In this document: piece after piece, positions 8,851-18,522 of the stretch
Numbering within the stretch: position 1 is the stretch's first letter
How the letters are laid out: each line of letters opens with the position of its first letter
NCBI GenBank assembly: GCA_963783885.1
Contig: CAWAPJ010000029.1
Coordinates: 32,001 to 96,000 of the forward strand
Direction: 5' to 3'
DNA: 64,000 nucleotides
Source of the DNA: Waddliaceae bacterium
Lineage (GTDB): Bacteria > Chlamydiota > Chlamydiia > Chlamydiales > SLFE01
Made by a program: the position numbers and the translations under genes
Notes under the pieces: model-generated
Told to the model about the DNA's origin: nothing
The model's database searches: none
What the model saw: the letters and a program-made list of their open reading frames with translations, nothing else

Positions 8851-10163
8851 ATCGATGGAAAAAGGTCGCTGTCATAGGGGCGGCGGGAAAAATGGGCAGG
8901 GGAATCTCGCTCATCCTTTTGCAGGAAATGGCTTGTCTGGACGTCGAGGAAAACGGAAGCGTCGGGCAAAACGATTTCAGTTTATATTTGATTGATACCG
9001 ACGAAGAGGCCGTTTTCGGGCTGAGACATTATTTCCGTCCCCACCTCACCCGCTATGCGGAAAAGGCGATCAATCGGATACGGTCGTACTTTTACACACG
9101 CGCCGACCTCATCGAAAACAGGCAGATGATTCAAGAATTTGTCGAAGGGGCTCTTGATTTGATTCGTCCATCCACTGAATTGAAAACAGCCAAAAACTCC
9201 CTGATGGTTTTCGAGGCTGTCGTGGAAGACTTCGATCTGAAAAAAAACATTCTCGGCAAATTAAAATCCCTTTGCTCAGACGAAACGGTCTTTTTTACCA
9301 ATACATCATCGATCCCCATCGGGGAGCTGGGGCAAAGCTCAGGGTTGGATGGCAGGCTGGTCGGCACTCACTTCTACAACCCTCCCCCTGTGCAAAAACT
9401 GTTGGAAGTGATTTTTCCAGGTGATGCCGATAGCGCAGTCAAGGAGCTGGCTTTGGAAGTGGGCAAGGACTTGGGGAAGACTGCCGTCGCGAGCCGCGAT
9501 GTTGCGGGGTTCATCGGAAACGGCCATTTTATCAGGGAAATCGCATTTGCGTGCGATCTGTACGAGAGGCTTAGGGAAAATTATTCCCATGTCGAAGCTG
9601 TTGTCGTAGTGGATGCCATCACGAGGGATTTTTTGATTCGTCCGATGGGCATTTTTCAGCTACTCGACTATGTGGGACTGGACGTTTGGAAAAAAATCGC
9701 CGCTATCATGACAGAGAAAATTCCTCTTGAAGGGATCTCTCCAACTCTATTAAACGATATGGTCGAGAGGGGAAAGGTCGGTGGGCAAAATATGGACGGC
9801 TCGCAAAAGGAGGGATTTTTCCGTTATCAAAAAAACCAGATCGCTGATGTATTTGATTTGGAAAAAGACACTTATATCCCTTTGGACGAAGAAAAAAAGA
9901 AGCATATTGAAGCGCTTCTCGGCCCTGTTCCTGAAGGTCATATGCCTTGGAAAAAAGCGCGGAATCTGGAAGATCGGGAAGAGAGGTTGAAGATCTACGA
10001 AAACAACCTGAGAGAGACAAATACTTTGGCCGCTCATCTGGCCGTGGAATTTTTAGACTATTCGCGAAAGGCGTCCGAAGAGCTTGTGAGAAGCAAAGTG
10101 GCCGGCAGTCTGGAAGATGTTCATACGGTTTTAAAATACGGGTTTTATCATGTCCTCGTTTAG
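8847..10163 (+). CDS. 3-hydroxyacyl-CoA dehydrogenase
   Basis: GAAGKMGRG Rossmann motif, EAVVE, TNTSS, GTHFYNPP, GFIGN, PMGIFQLLDYVGLD. Confidence 0.88.
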   Translation: MNRWKKVAVIGAAGKMGRGISLILLQEMACLDVEENGSVGQNDFSLYLIDTDEEAVFGLRHYFRPHLTRYAEKAINRIRSYFYTRADLIENRQMIQEFVEGALDLIRPSTELKTAKNSLMVFEAVVEDFDLKKNILGKLKSLCSDETVFFTNTSSIPIGELGQSSGLDGRLVGTHFYNPPPVQKLLEVIFPGDADSAVKELALEVGKDLGKTAVASRDVAGFIGNGHFIREIAFACDLYERLRENYSHVEAVVVVDAITRDFLIRPMGIFQLLDYVGLDVWKKIAAIMTEKIPLEGISPTLLNDMVERGKVGGQNMDGSQKEGFFRYQKNQIADVFDLEKDTYIPLDEEKKKHIEALLGPVPEGHMPWKKARNLEDREERLKIYENNLRETNTLAAHLAVEFLDYSRKASEELVRSKVAGSLEDVHTVLKYGFYHVLV

Positions 10164-11391
10164 AAAAAAAATCTACATCGCCGCTGGGTACAATACCATT
10201 TATTTCGGTCCGGGACGGCCAGAGTTCGATCCCAAAAAGCCGATGCCGGATCTGGAGTCTTACCTGACCGAAACAGCCGAAGGAACGACCAAGCAGGTTC
10301 CTGAGTTGCAGGTAGAAGAAGGAGTTATCGGCAGCTTTATGTCGGCAAGATTTTTGAAACAGGCCAATATCCCCGGATTTCTTCCCTTCATGGTTCCTTC
10401 CTTGAAAGGGAAACCTTGCACCGGAATCGAAGGAGCCTGCGGTACAGGTGGCCGGACAATCGGCGTGGCTGTCCGTTCTGTCCTGTCGGACATGGCAGAC
10501 GTCGTGTTTGCGGCTGCTTTTGAAATCCAAAATACGATGAAAGCCGTCTATGGTGCCGATGTTCTTGCAGGGGCGGCTTATTTCGGCAAAGAGAGGAAGC
10601 AAGGCGCTGCTTACTACTTTCCCGGAATTTTTGCCGAGCGGGCGGGCGCTTACTTTCGCGAATATGGGGAGAAGTATGCGCGGATGGGATTTGCCAAGTG
10701 GTATGAGCAGGCAATCGAAAAAGCGAGGAAAAATCCCAAAGCGCAGGAGCACTTCAATAAGACCGCCAACCTATTCGATAAAGCGATGACCCCTCCCGAC
10801 CCCAAACGTTTTTTGCCCTACCTCAATCAATATGACTGTTCGAAAGTTTCCGACGGCGCGTCGTCGCTTTTGGTGCTCTCCGAAGAGGGACTGAAGAAAT
10901 GCGGCCTCAAAAAAAGCGAGGCAGTCGAACTCATTGCCCTTGGCGAGTCGGAGAGCGACATCACAAAACCTCCCCCCGATCCTACTGTTTTCGACAACAC
11001 CGAAAACGCGGTGAAAAAAGCTCTGAACGCATCAGGACTTGCTTTGGAAGATATCGGAGTTTTGGAAGTGCATGACTGCTTTTCCATCAGCGGTATTCTC
11101 TCACTGGAGGCGGCAGGATTTGTTCAAAAGGGAAAAGCTCCTGAGTTTGTTATGGAGGAGAGGATCAGTGAATCCGGGACGATTCCCATCAATCTTTCGG
11201 GCGGACTTACCGGGTTCGGCCATCCGACAGGGGCCAGCGGAGTCCGGCAGATGGTCGATCTTCTCCATCAGCTGACGAAAAAAGCGGAAAATCCGGCTCA
11301 AAACGAACCTGAAACCGGCATGATGATCAGCATGGGAGGCAATGACAAGACTGTCACTTGCGCAATTGTTAGGACTTGTCTTCATACATGA
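10150..11391 (+). CDS. Thiolase, SCP2-thiolase type (HDCF loop)
   Basis: EGACGTGG, DCSKVSDGA, EVHDCF, GHPTGASG; lacks the C-terminal CxGGG (has SMGG). Confidence 0.85.
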   Translation: MSSFRKKIYIAAGYNTIYFGPGRPEFDPKKPMPDLESYLTETAEGTTKQVPELQVEEGVIGSFMSARFLKQANIPGFLPFMVPSLKGKPCTGIEGACGTGGRTIGVAVRSVLSDMADVVFAAAFEIQNTMKAVYGADVLAGAAYFGKERKQGAAYYFPGIFAERAGAYFREYGEKYARMGFAKWYEQAIEKARKNPKAQEHFNKTANLFDKAMTPPDPKRFLPYLNQYDCSKVSDGASSLLVLSEEGLKKCGLKKSEAVELIALGESESDITKPPPDPTVFDNTENAVKKALNASGLALEDIGVLEVHDCFSISGILSLEAAGFVQKGKAPEFVMEERISESGTIPINLSGGLTGFGHPTGASGVRQMVDLLHQLTKKAENPAQNEPETGMMISMGGNDKTVTCAIVRTCLHT

Positions 11392-14300
11392 ATGAAGTGA
11401 CATACATCAGAGCACAAAAGATGATAGTGCAGAAAAGAGTTTTGGTCAGAATAATGATCAGATTGATCAGCATTTTCATAATAGCCGGTTGACTGTGATA
11501 CCAGTAGATGTTTCTTAATTCAAACGACTTATTGGGCAAATGATTAAGCAGCTGTTTTGAATTGTCCAAAAGCGTTTTATCATAGACCGATTTAAAACGT
11601 TCATCGGGAAATTCAATGAGTTCGTATGACATTGTTTTCATCCAAAGAACCGACCCAAGGATATCCAAAGCGGGAGCCAGCTTTTTTTTGTGATTTCTGA
11701 TATCCCAAATTCCCATAACAAGACTGGAGACGATTTGGCATCTAAGTTCAGCGAGATATTTTTCATCTTCTTTTGCGAGTTCGTCCGGTATGATGGCCCA
11801 TCTGTAGGCAATTTTGCAAAGGTCGGCATTTGAATAATCAGAGCGTTTTATATTGCAGATATCCCGGCAGATAAGATTCAAAAACAGTCTTTTATTGCGA
11901 AGAGATAAGCTCTCGTCAAGAGCAAGCGAAAAAAGCCGGTTCCATCGCTCGGCTTCCTTAATTTGAATTTTCAGAGGCTGGTCTTTGTTTAATCTTAAAG
12001 AGCTCTGTTTGGTCAATAGATTCCAGGATTCGCTGAGTTTTTCTTTTCGAATCAGAATGTCAAAAATCTTTTTCCATATGGAATTTTTTTCAGAAATCGA
12101 CGGAGAATACTTCTTCCATAAGTGCAGAGCCATCATATGGCTTTCTGTTCCCTGTACAAGATCATAAGAGTGGAATCTTCGAATCCAGAGAGAAACTTCC
12201 TTTTCGATGTCGGTTGGAGTGGGTAAGGAAGCTAAAAAGGTATCGATTCTATTTTTAAGGTTAGAGTGAGATTGGCGGCTTATGAGCGTTTCAATTTCTT
12301 TTTTTTGCAGTTGTCTAAGTTCCGGGGAAGCAGGGCTTTCAAGTTTTTCCAGCCATTCAATGACAGATCTCAAAACAGAAAGGTCTTTGTCTTCGGAATG
12401 AAGTCCGATTTGCTTGAGCCGCGGGATGATATCTTCGCCAAGCACTTTTTGACCGGCATTGATTAATCCGAGCGCAGTCTTGACATTAACATCAATCGCA
12501 AACAACCAAAGGTCAGAGTCAAGGGGATGAATGTTAAGTTTACTCAGCCTCATAAGATTTTGTCCGATTTGATTTGGGGAGAGTTTTTTCATGGGAACGC
12601 TAAGATCGGGAAGAAGCTGGTCGATAAGCTTCAGATTCAGCGAGGCGGAGTTTTTTTGAGATTTGGTAATCAGTTGATTGAAACAATTTTTGATCGTTCC
12701 TTTGCTGCTTAAGGGAAGAAAAAGGGCTGCGGCTTCCCAGGCTTTGTTGATGTCATGGGATAATAGGTCAGAAAAAATGATGCTTAGTTCTTTTGCGGCT
12801 TCTTTGCTTTCAGTGCCGACTTTTAGTAAAATATCGGCAGCTATGATTAAATTGTTTGATTCAAGACAGTGCTTTGCGACCATTAGCTGATAATCCGCAG
12901 ACAAATGGTTAGTGAGAATCAAAGGATCAACCTTATCCTTTTCTAAAGGATAAAATAACCGTTTTTTGCCGAGGGATTGGGCTTGAGTTTTCTTCAAGAG
13001 CAGGCTAAGAAGATAGCACTTGACCTCTTCATCGAATTCTTTCGAATCGGCTGCTTCTTTCCATTGCTGATAAGCCTTTTCAACTGAGGTCTCACAATAG
13101 TGGAGAATCAGAATTTGTTGAATCGAGGTGAAAGATAGCCCTCCATTGTCATCTAAAACCTTAAGGAATTTTTTGACGAGTTTTTGAGGGGGTAGATGAT
13201 TGAGAAGCAGCCTTTGCTTGTCTTCTGTTTCGAGGAAAATAAGAGAAGAAGTCAGCGATTCAATGGATTCGAACGGGGAGCCATTGATAATTTTCAAAAA
13301 GAGGCTGATAAAATGTAATATGGGTTTATCGTCTGGTGTTAAGGAGTTGAAAACTTCGATTGGAAAGGATATGTCATGTTTTGTCGCCTTTTTGCCTTTC
13401 GACAAGACATACAGAATAAATTTTAAAAGTATTCCGGACAGAAGGGCGAGTCTAGGTTTGATGTCATCGGCGTCATACTCAGGCCGGAAGATATGAATAA
13501 ATTTCTCGACCGTCGCGGCAGGTTCGTATTTTAACTGGACAACCGCATTTTGACTTTGATCTAAAGAAAGAGCTAAAAAATTTTCACCGTTCTGACAGCT
13601 TGGAAAAACGGGGAGGGCGTCTTTGAGGTTAAAGGCCCTGTTTCCCTCAAGCATCAAAAGAGAGCACATTTTTATTGTTGTGACGAGGTACCCGCATCCA
13701 TAGGAATACTTTTTGATATATTCGGTAACTTCGATAAGAAGTTGGTTTTTGAACTTATTGCTAATAAACTTTGGAGATGTCTGCCAATAGTTAAACTTGT
13801 CTCCCTCTTCAAAATAGTCGTCGATCATGCCGATAATGTTGAGGCAAAAAGCCAGCTTTGATTTTGAAGAATGAAGGTGGGCCTGCCTCTCTGTAAAGCA
13901 GGAAACAAATTGTTTGACTGAGGGTTTCTTTGTTAGAAAGATTTTTACTGTCTTTTTAACAATGCCCGCTTGCGGAGTTGCCCAGCCGCAGGACTGAAAT
14001 TGAACGAGTCTTTTTAATGCTCCATGATTGATGGGCTGGTCGATATAAAAGATTTTGGTGAGTCTGTGGAGAAACCATTCAGGAAATGAGGCCCTCTTTG
14101 CAAGTTTTGGGATTGCGTTTTTCGTTTTGATCCAATCTTTTAATGAAATATAGAGGCTGTCGGTTGTCGTCAGATGAGAAGGCTCGGCACCTTGATACGT
14201 AATAATGTCGAGATCATACGGAGTTCCCTCAAAAGTGTAAACATGGGTTAAAACATTGATCTCATAGGGAGTTTTATTAGGAACCCTTTCATTGGCCAAA

Positions 14301-14749
14301 TCGCAGAGGATTTTGTGAAATACTTGAGATTCAGCAGAAGAAATGATAATCCTAAGATCGATATCGGAAAAATGCAAGGCGATATTATCCACGCAGTTTT
14401 CTAAAAAGAGCTTGCACTTTTCTGGAACAGCCTTTTGAGAGATAATTTTTTTAAACCAGTCTATATCCGCGGGAAGCGAGCTTCCGGCTAGATGGATATC
14501 GTGCTCGGGATATGTTTCCAGATATTTTGTGACAAAATCAATGATGCGCGCTTCGCCGGTTTCTGAAAGCTTAATGGTTGAATTCAGCAGGCATTCAATC
14601 TTTCTGTTGTCAAAAGGGAGGGGCGCAAGGTCTTTGAATGAGGAATCAGGATTGCTCCTTCCAGAGGGGAGGAGGCTGTCGGTTGCTAAAAGTCTTTGCC
14701 GCAGCTTAACAAGAGGGAAGTTAACTAGATTATTCGATAAACCGTCCAT
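11369..14749 (-). CDS. Large hypothetical protein with an N-terminal nucleotidyltransferase-like region and a hydrophobic C-terminus
   Basis: 1126-aa ORF; IHLAGSS...SDIDLRI...YDLDII motifs; C-terminal hydrophobic segment. Confidence 0.6.
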   Translation of the reverse strand: MDGLSNNLVNFPLVKLRQRLLATDSLLPSGRSNPDSSFKDLAPLPFDNRKIECLLNSTIKLSETGEARIIDFVTKYLETYPEHDIHLAGSSLPADIDWFKKIISQKAVPEKCKLFLENCVDNIALHFSDIDLRIIISSAESQVFHKILCDLANERVPNKTPYEINVLTHVYTFEGTPYDLDIITYQGAEPSHLTTTDSLYISLKDWIKTKNAIPKLAKRASFPEWFLHRLTKIFYIDQPINHGALKRLVQFQSCGWATPQAGIVKKTVKIFLTKKPSVKQFVSCFTERQAHLHSSKSKLAFCLNIIGMIDDYFEEGDKFNYWQTSPKFISNKFKNQLLIEVTEYIKKYSYGCGYLVTTIKMCSLLMLEGNRAFNLKDALPVFPSCQNGENFLALSLDQSQNAVVQLKYEPAATVEKFIHIFRPEYDADDIKPRLALLSGILLKFILYVLSKGKKATKHDISFPIEVFNSLTPDDKPILHFISLFLKIINGSPFESIESLTSSLIFLETEDKQRLLLNHLPPQKLVKKFLKVLDDNGGLSFTSIQQILILHYCETSVEKAYQQWKEAADSKEFDEEVKCYLLSLLLKKTQAQSLGKKRLFYPLEKDKVDPLILTNHLSADYQLMVAKHCLESNNLIIAADILLKVGTESKEAAKELSIIFSDLLSHDINKAWEAAALFLPLSSKGTIKNCFNQLITKSQKNSASLNLKLIDQLLPDLSVPMKKLSPNQIGQNLMRLSKLNIHPLDSDLWLFAIDVNVKTALGLINAGQKVLGEDIIPRLKQIGLHSEDKDLSVLRSVIEWLEKLESPASPELRQLQKKEIETLISRQSHSNLKNRIDTFLASLPTPTDIEKEVSLWIRRFHSYDLVQGTESHMMALHLWKKYSPSISEKNSIWKKIFDILIRKEKLSESWNLLTKQSSLRLNKDQPLKIQIKEAERWNRLFSLALDESLSLRNKRLFLNLICRDICNIKRSDYSNADLCKIAYRWAIIPDELAKEDEKYLAELRCQIVSSLVMGIWDIRNHKKKLAPALDILGSVLWMKTMSYELIEFPDERFKSVYDKTLLDNSKQLLNHLPNKSFELRNIYWYHSQPAIMKMLINLIIILTKTLFCTIIFCALMYVTSFMYEDKS

Positions 14750-14785
14750 ATAGACGATTAATTATCAACTACTTGGATATAAAAA

Positions 14786-15531
14786 TCAATAATGGTTGCG
14801 CATTTCGCGCATCTTGGCGAAGACCTCAAGGTCAGAAGAATCCCTCATATTCAATGCGTTGCGGAGATCGGGGTCATCGGCTCTCAAAAAAGGGTTTGTC
14901 AGTTTTTCTTCTGCTAGAGTGCTGGGAATTGTGGGAATATTTTTTTCCCTAAGCGAGCGGGCCTGAGCGAGTCTTTCTTGAATTTTTGGATTTTTCGGCT
15001 CGATTGAGGCGGCGAACTCGAGATTTTTAACGGTATATTCATGACCGCAGAGGATTTTTGTGTCGTCCGGCAGTTTGCAGATTTTCAAAAGGGAGTGATG
15101 CATTTGTTCGGGGGTTCCCTCGAAGAGCCTCCCGCAGCCGCCTCCGAACAGGGTATCGCCGGAAAGAAGCCATTTTTGCTCCGGCTCATAATAGATGACG
15201 TGGCTGGACGTGTGTCCGGGGACTTCGATTACGGTAAAATTCAGGGGGCCGAAGGAGATGACCTCTCCCTCTTCGGCGGCCTGAGTGAGCTTGGGAACGC
15301 GGCTGTCCTCGGGGCCGATGACCGGGCAGCCTGTGGCATCGACCAGCTTTTCCACTCCGGCTGTGTGGTCCCAATGATGATGGGTGACAAGAATCGCTTG
15401 AAGTTTCAGGTTTTGTTGTTTTAAGGCGTCAAGAACCGGTTCCGATTCCCGGGATCGACCGCTACGGCCATATTCCCAAAGATCAGCAGATATATGTAAT
15501 TATCGCTTAAAGCCGATAGGATCTTGAGCAT
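14786..15531 (-). pseudogene. gloB: Hydroxyacylglutathione hydrolase (glyoxalase II), frameshifted in this sequence (possibly a sequencing error)
   Basis: MLKILSALSDNYIYLL...VDPG joins ESEPVL...THHHWDHTAG...PGHT...GDTLFGGGCGR...CGHEY if one G is added to GGG at 15450-15448. Confidence 0.85.
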
Positions 15532-15547
15532 CTGCGTGTATGTTAGC

Positions 15548-15580
15548 AAATAACGGCCTTTTGAGAAAAGGCCGTTGTTT
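15548..15580 (-). terminator. Hairpin or intrinsic terminator after the histone-like gene
   Basis: AACGGCCTTTT-ctc-AAAAGGCCGTT 11-bp stem directly after the stop codon; weak U-tract. Confidence 0.65.
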
Positions 15581-15763
15581 TTACATAAAGTCTCTGTCCA
15601 TGACTGTTTTACGTTTATTTTGCTCTGCGTTGAGAATGGCTTTGTCAATTTCTCTCTCGACAATTCTTGTGAGAGCATCGAACACAGACGACGATGTGTT
15701 CATTCCCGACTTATCTTTGATATAAGTTTTCACCTTGCTGGCGACGACTTTAGAATCACTCAT
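15581..15763 (-). CDS. Bacterial histone-fold protein (Bd0055-like)
   Basis: 60 aa; VVASKVKTYIK...MNTS...L...RKTVMDRD includes the histone-fold L2 loop/RD-clamp motif; AAGGGTG upstream and its own 3' hairpin. Confidence 0.85.
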   Translation of the reverse strand: MSDSKVVASKVKTYIKDKSGMNTSSSVFDALTRIVEREIDKAILNAEQNKRKTVMDRDFM

Positions 15764-15882
15764 GATCGCACCCTTTTGTTAAGTAGACTTTTGTCTAATC
15801 CTTTCCCTCGATATAATTAAATCTGCAAAAAGGTGCAACAATCAACGGTAAAAATTTACAAAATATTGGTTGTTAGATATAT

Positions 15883-17873
15883 ATGGAGTTTCCTCTACTT
15901 CGCGACATCGTCGTAATCTTCGCCCTTTCCATTGCGGTGCTGCTCGTCTGCCACCGCTTGAGGATATCTTCTGTCGTGGGATTTATCCTGACCGGAATTT
16001 TAGCAGGCCCCCACGGGTTCGGGCTGATTTCAGCTATCGGGCAGGTGGATATCCTGGCTAAGATCGGGGTGATCCTTCTTCTTTTTACCATCGGGATGGA
16101 ATTTTCACCGAGGCGCATTTTGGCAATGCGGAAGGGATTTTTTATCGGCGGCGCCCTGCAGGTAGGCTTCACTATTTTGGGAGGGTTTGCCGTAGCCAAG
16201 CTCGTGGGCAGGCCTGCTTCCGAATCCTTGTTTCTCGGCTTCCTTCTTTCTTTAAGCAGCACAGCTATTGTTTTGAAGCTGCTCAGCGACAGGGGCGAGG
16301 GCAAAACGCCTCATGGCAATCTCATTTTGGCGATCCTAATTTTTCAGGACGTGATCATCGTGATGATGATGCTTATGATCCCGCTGCTGGCGGGGGAAGG
16401 TGCGCTCCCTTTAAGGGATGCTCCCATTGTCTTAGGGAAAGGGGCGCTGATTATTGGCATTAGCTTTTTTTCGCGATTAAGGTTGTTCCTTCTCTTCTCG
16501 ACCATGTCGCGAGGACGCGCAGCCGCGAACTCTTTTTGCTTACGGTCCTTGCGATTTGCTTTTCGGTGACCTGGAGTACCTCGCTTGCGGGACTGTCAAT
16601 TTCTCTTGGTGCCTTCTTGTCGGGAATGATTCTTTCCGAATCGGAATATCGCCATCAGGCTTTGGGAAACATTCTTCCCTTTCAAGACATTTTCACCAGC
16701 TTTTTCTTTATTTCCATCGGGATGCTTTTGCAGCTTGAGTTTGTCTATCAGAACCTAGTGTTGATCCTGGCGGTTTGTTTCGGTGTTTTGCTTCTTAAGG
16801 GATTTGTTGCCGGCAACACGTCTTTGATTTTAGGCGCTCCATTAAGGACGTCGATCCTTGTGGGGTTTGCTCTGAGCCAGGTTGGAGAATTCGCTTTTGT
16901 TCTGGCCCAGGCGGGAATGAGAACAGGCATGGGAGAGGTCTGGTTTTATCAACTGTTTTTGTCTGTATCTCTGCTGACAATGCTGGCGACTCCCTTTTTA
17001 ATCAAGTCGGCTCCGTTTGCAGCAAACTTTGTCTGCCGTCTCCCCTTGCCGGGGAAGCTGCTCTCCGGAAGGAATATGCGGGAGCTGGAAGAAGAAAAGG
17101 GACTCGCAAATCATGTGGTGATCACCGGATTTGGAACAGTGGGAAAAAACCTTGCCGAGTCCTGCAGAATGGCAAATGTGAATTTCTGTGTTTTAGAGAC
17201 CAACCTCGATTTAATTAGGCAGCAAAGAAAAGAGGGAGTGCCGATCTACTTTGGGGATGCCGGTCATGTTTCAGTTTTGCAGCACGTCAACATAGACAAA
17301 GCTTCGACACTCGCCGTGCTGGTGAACAGTCCCTCGGATGAAAGACGGATCGTTCAAGAGGCAAGAAGGGAAAACAGCGAACTTTATATCGTGGTTAGGA
17401 CCCATTATAGCGAAGAGTGCGAGGTTTTGTTTCAATTAGGGGCCGACGAGGTCGTCATCGATGAGTTCGAGTCATCGGTTCAAGTGGTCAACCGCATCAT
17501 GAGCCGCTACGGAGTGTCCTATTCCGAACGGGACCGCATCATCAACAGGCTTCCCGGAGGCCTAGACGATATGCTTCGGGAACCCCGCAACCCTTTTCTG
17601 AAATTTACCCAGCTTGAACTTGATTTGCCTCATGTGCTTTTGGAGGCCTGGGATGTCAGCCCCGGGGCCCCTCTTTGCGACAAGGCAGTACAGGAGTCGA
17701 ATCTTAGGCCCGAATACGGAATTTCCATTTTAATCATCATCCGGGGCGGGAAAAATATTACAGACATTTCCGGTAAAACCCGCATTTTGGAAGGGGATAA
17801 GCTTGTCGTCTTTGGAGATAAGGGAAAATTAAGGGAAGCGGAAGTTCTTTTTAAGGCGAAAGCCGCTCAATGA
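15883..17873 (+). pseudogene. CPA2/Kef-type cation:proton antiporter with TrkA-N/TrkA-C domains, frameshifted in this sequence (possibly a sequencing error)
   Basis: LLFTIGMEFS, LSSTAIV, FQD, LGAFLSG, SQVGEF, GFGTVG motifs; the two ORFs fuse in frame (SFFFAIKVVP...RELFLLTVLAIC) if T7 at 16465-16471 were T8. Confidence 0.85.
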
Positions 17874-18474
17874 TCCACGATCCGTTTTTAAGCAGATACC
17901 GAAACCTGTCATGAAGGCGGTGGGGCCGCCCCTGCCAAAATTCCACATAATCCGGCAAAAGGCGGTAGCCTCCCCAAAACTCTGGAAGAGGGATCTCTTT
18001 GCCTTCAAAACGGTTTTTTGTTTCTTCCCATTTTTTGTCGAGTTCTCCGCGGGAGGCGATCACTTCATCTTGTTTCGAGGCATAAGCGCTGATTCGGCTT
18101 TCCCTAGGACGAGTTGCGAAATAGTCTTCGGATTCACTGCGGCTGACTTTTTCGACTCTCCCTTCTACGACGATCTGCCTTGCCAGGGCAGTCCATAGAA
18201 ACGTTGCCGATGCGCGGGGGTTTTCCTCAATTTCCAAAGCTTTGCGGCTTTCGTAGTTGGTAAAAAAAACAAGGCCCCCCTTAGTGATTCCTTTTAAAAG
18301 GACTGTCCGGCTCGACGGTCTTCCATCTTTTGAGGCGGTGCAAAGAATCATCGCATTGGGTTCGATTATTTCAGCATTTGCAGTATCGTCGATCCAGATT
18401 TTTAATTGATCGAGGGGATTTTCTTTGAGAAGCGATCTTCTGAGCTGCTGCAAAGGGTTTTTCCTAATATCCAT
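17851..18474 (-). CDS. pdxH: Pyridoxamine 5'-phosphate oxidase
   Basis: PSSRTVLLK, FFTNYESRK, EFWQGRPHRLHDR. Confidence 0.95.
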   Translation of the reverse strand: MDIRKNPLQQLRRSLLKENPLDQLKIWIDDTANAEIIEPNAMILCTASKDGRPSSRTVLLKGITKGGLVFFTNYESRKALEIEENPRASATFLWTALARQIVVEGRVEKVSRSESEDYFATRPRESRISAYASKQDEVIASRGELDKKWEETKNRFEGKEIPLPEFWGGYRLLPDYVEFWQGRPHRLHDRFRYLLKNGSWIIERLSP

Positions 18475-18522
18475 TGACTGGGCCTCCTTAACTCATTTAT
18501 AAGCGAAAGCAATGAGGTGTCA

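Noticed and set aside
9706..10752. 348-aa minus-strand ORF
   Set aside because: Antisense shadow of the dehydrogenase and thiolase genes, with no motif
15421..15678. 85-aa ORF as an independent gene
   Set aside because: Its 3' part is the frameshifted gloB N-terminus; its 5' part overlaps the histone gene and hairpin out of frame
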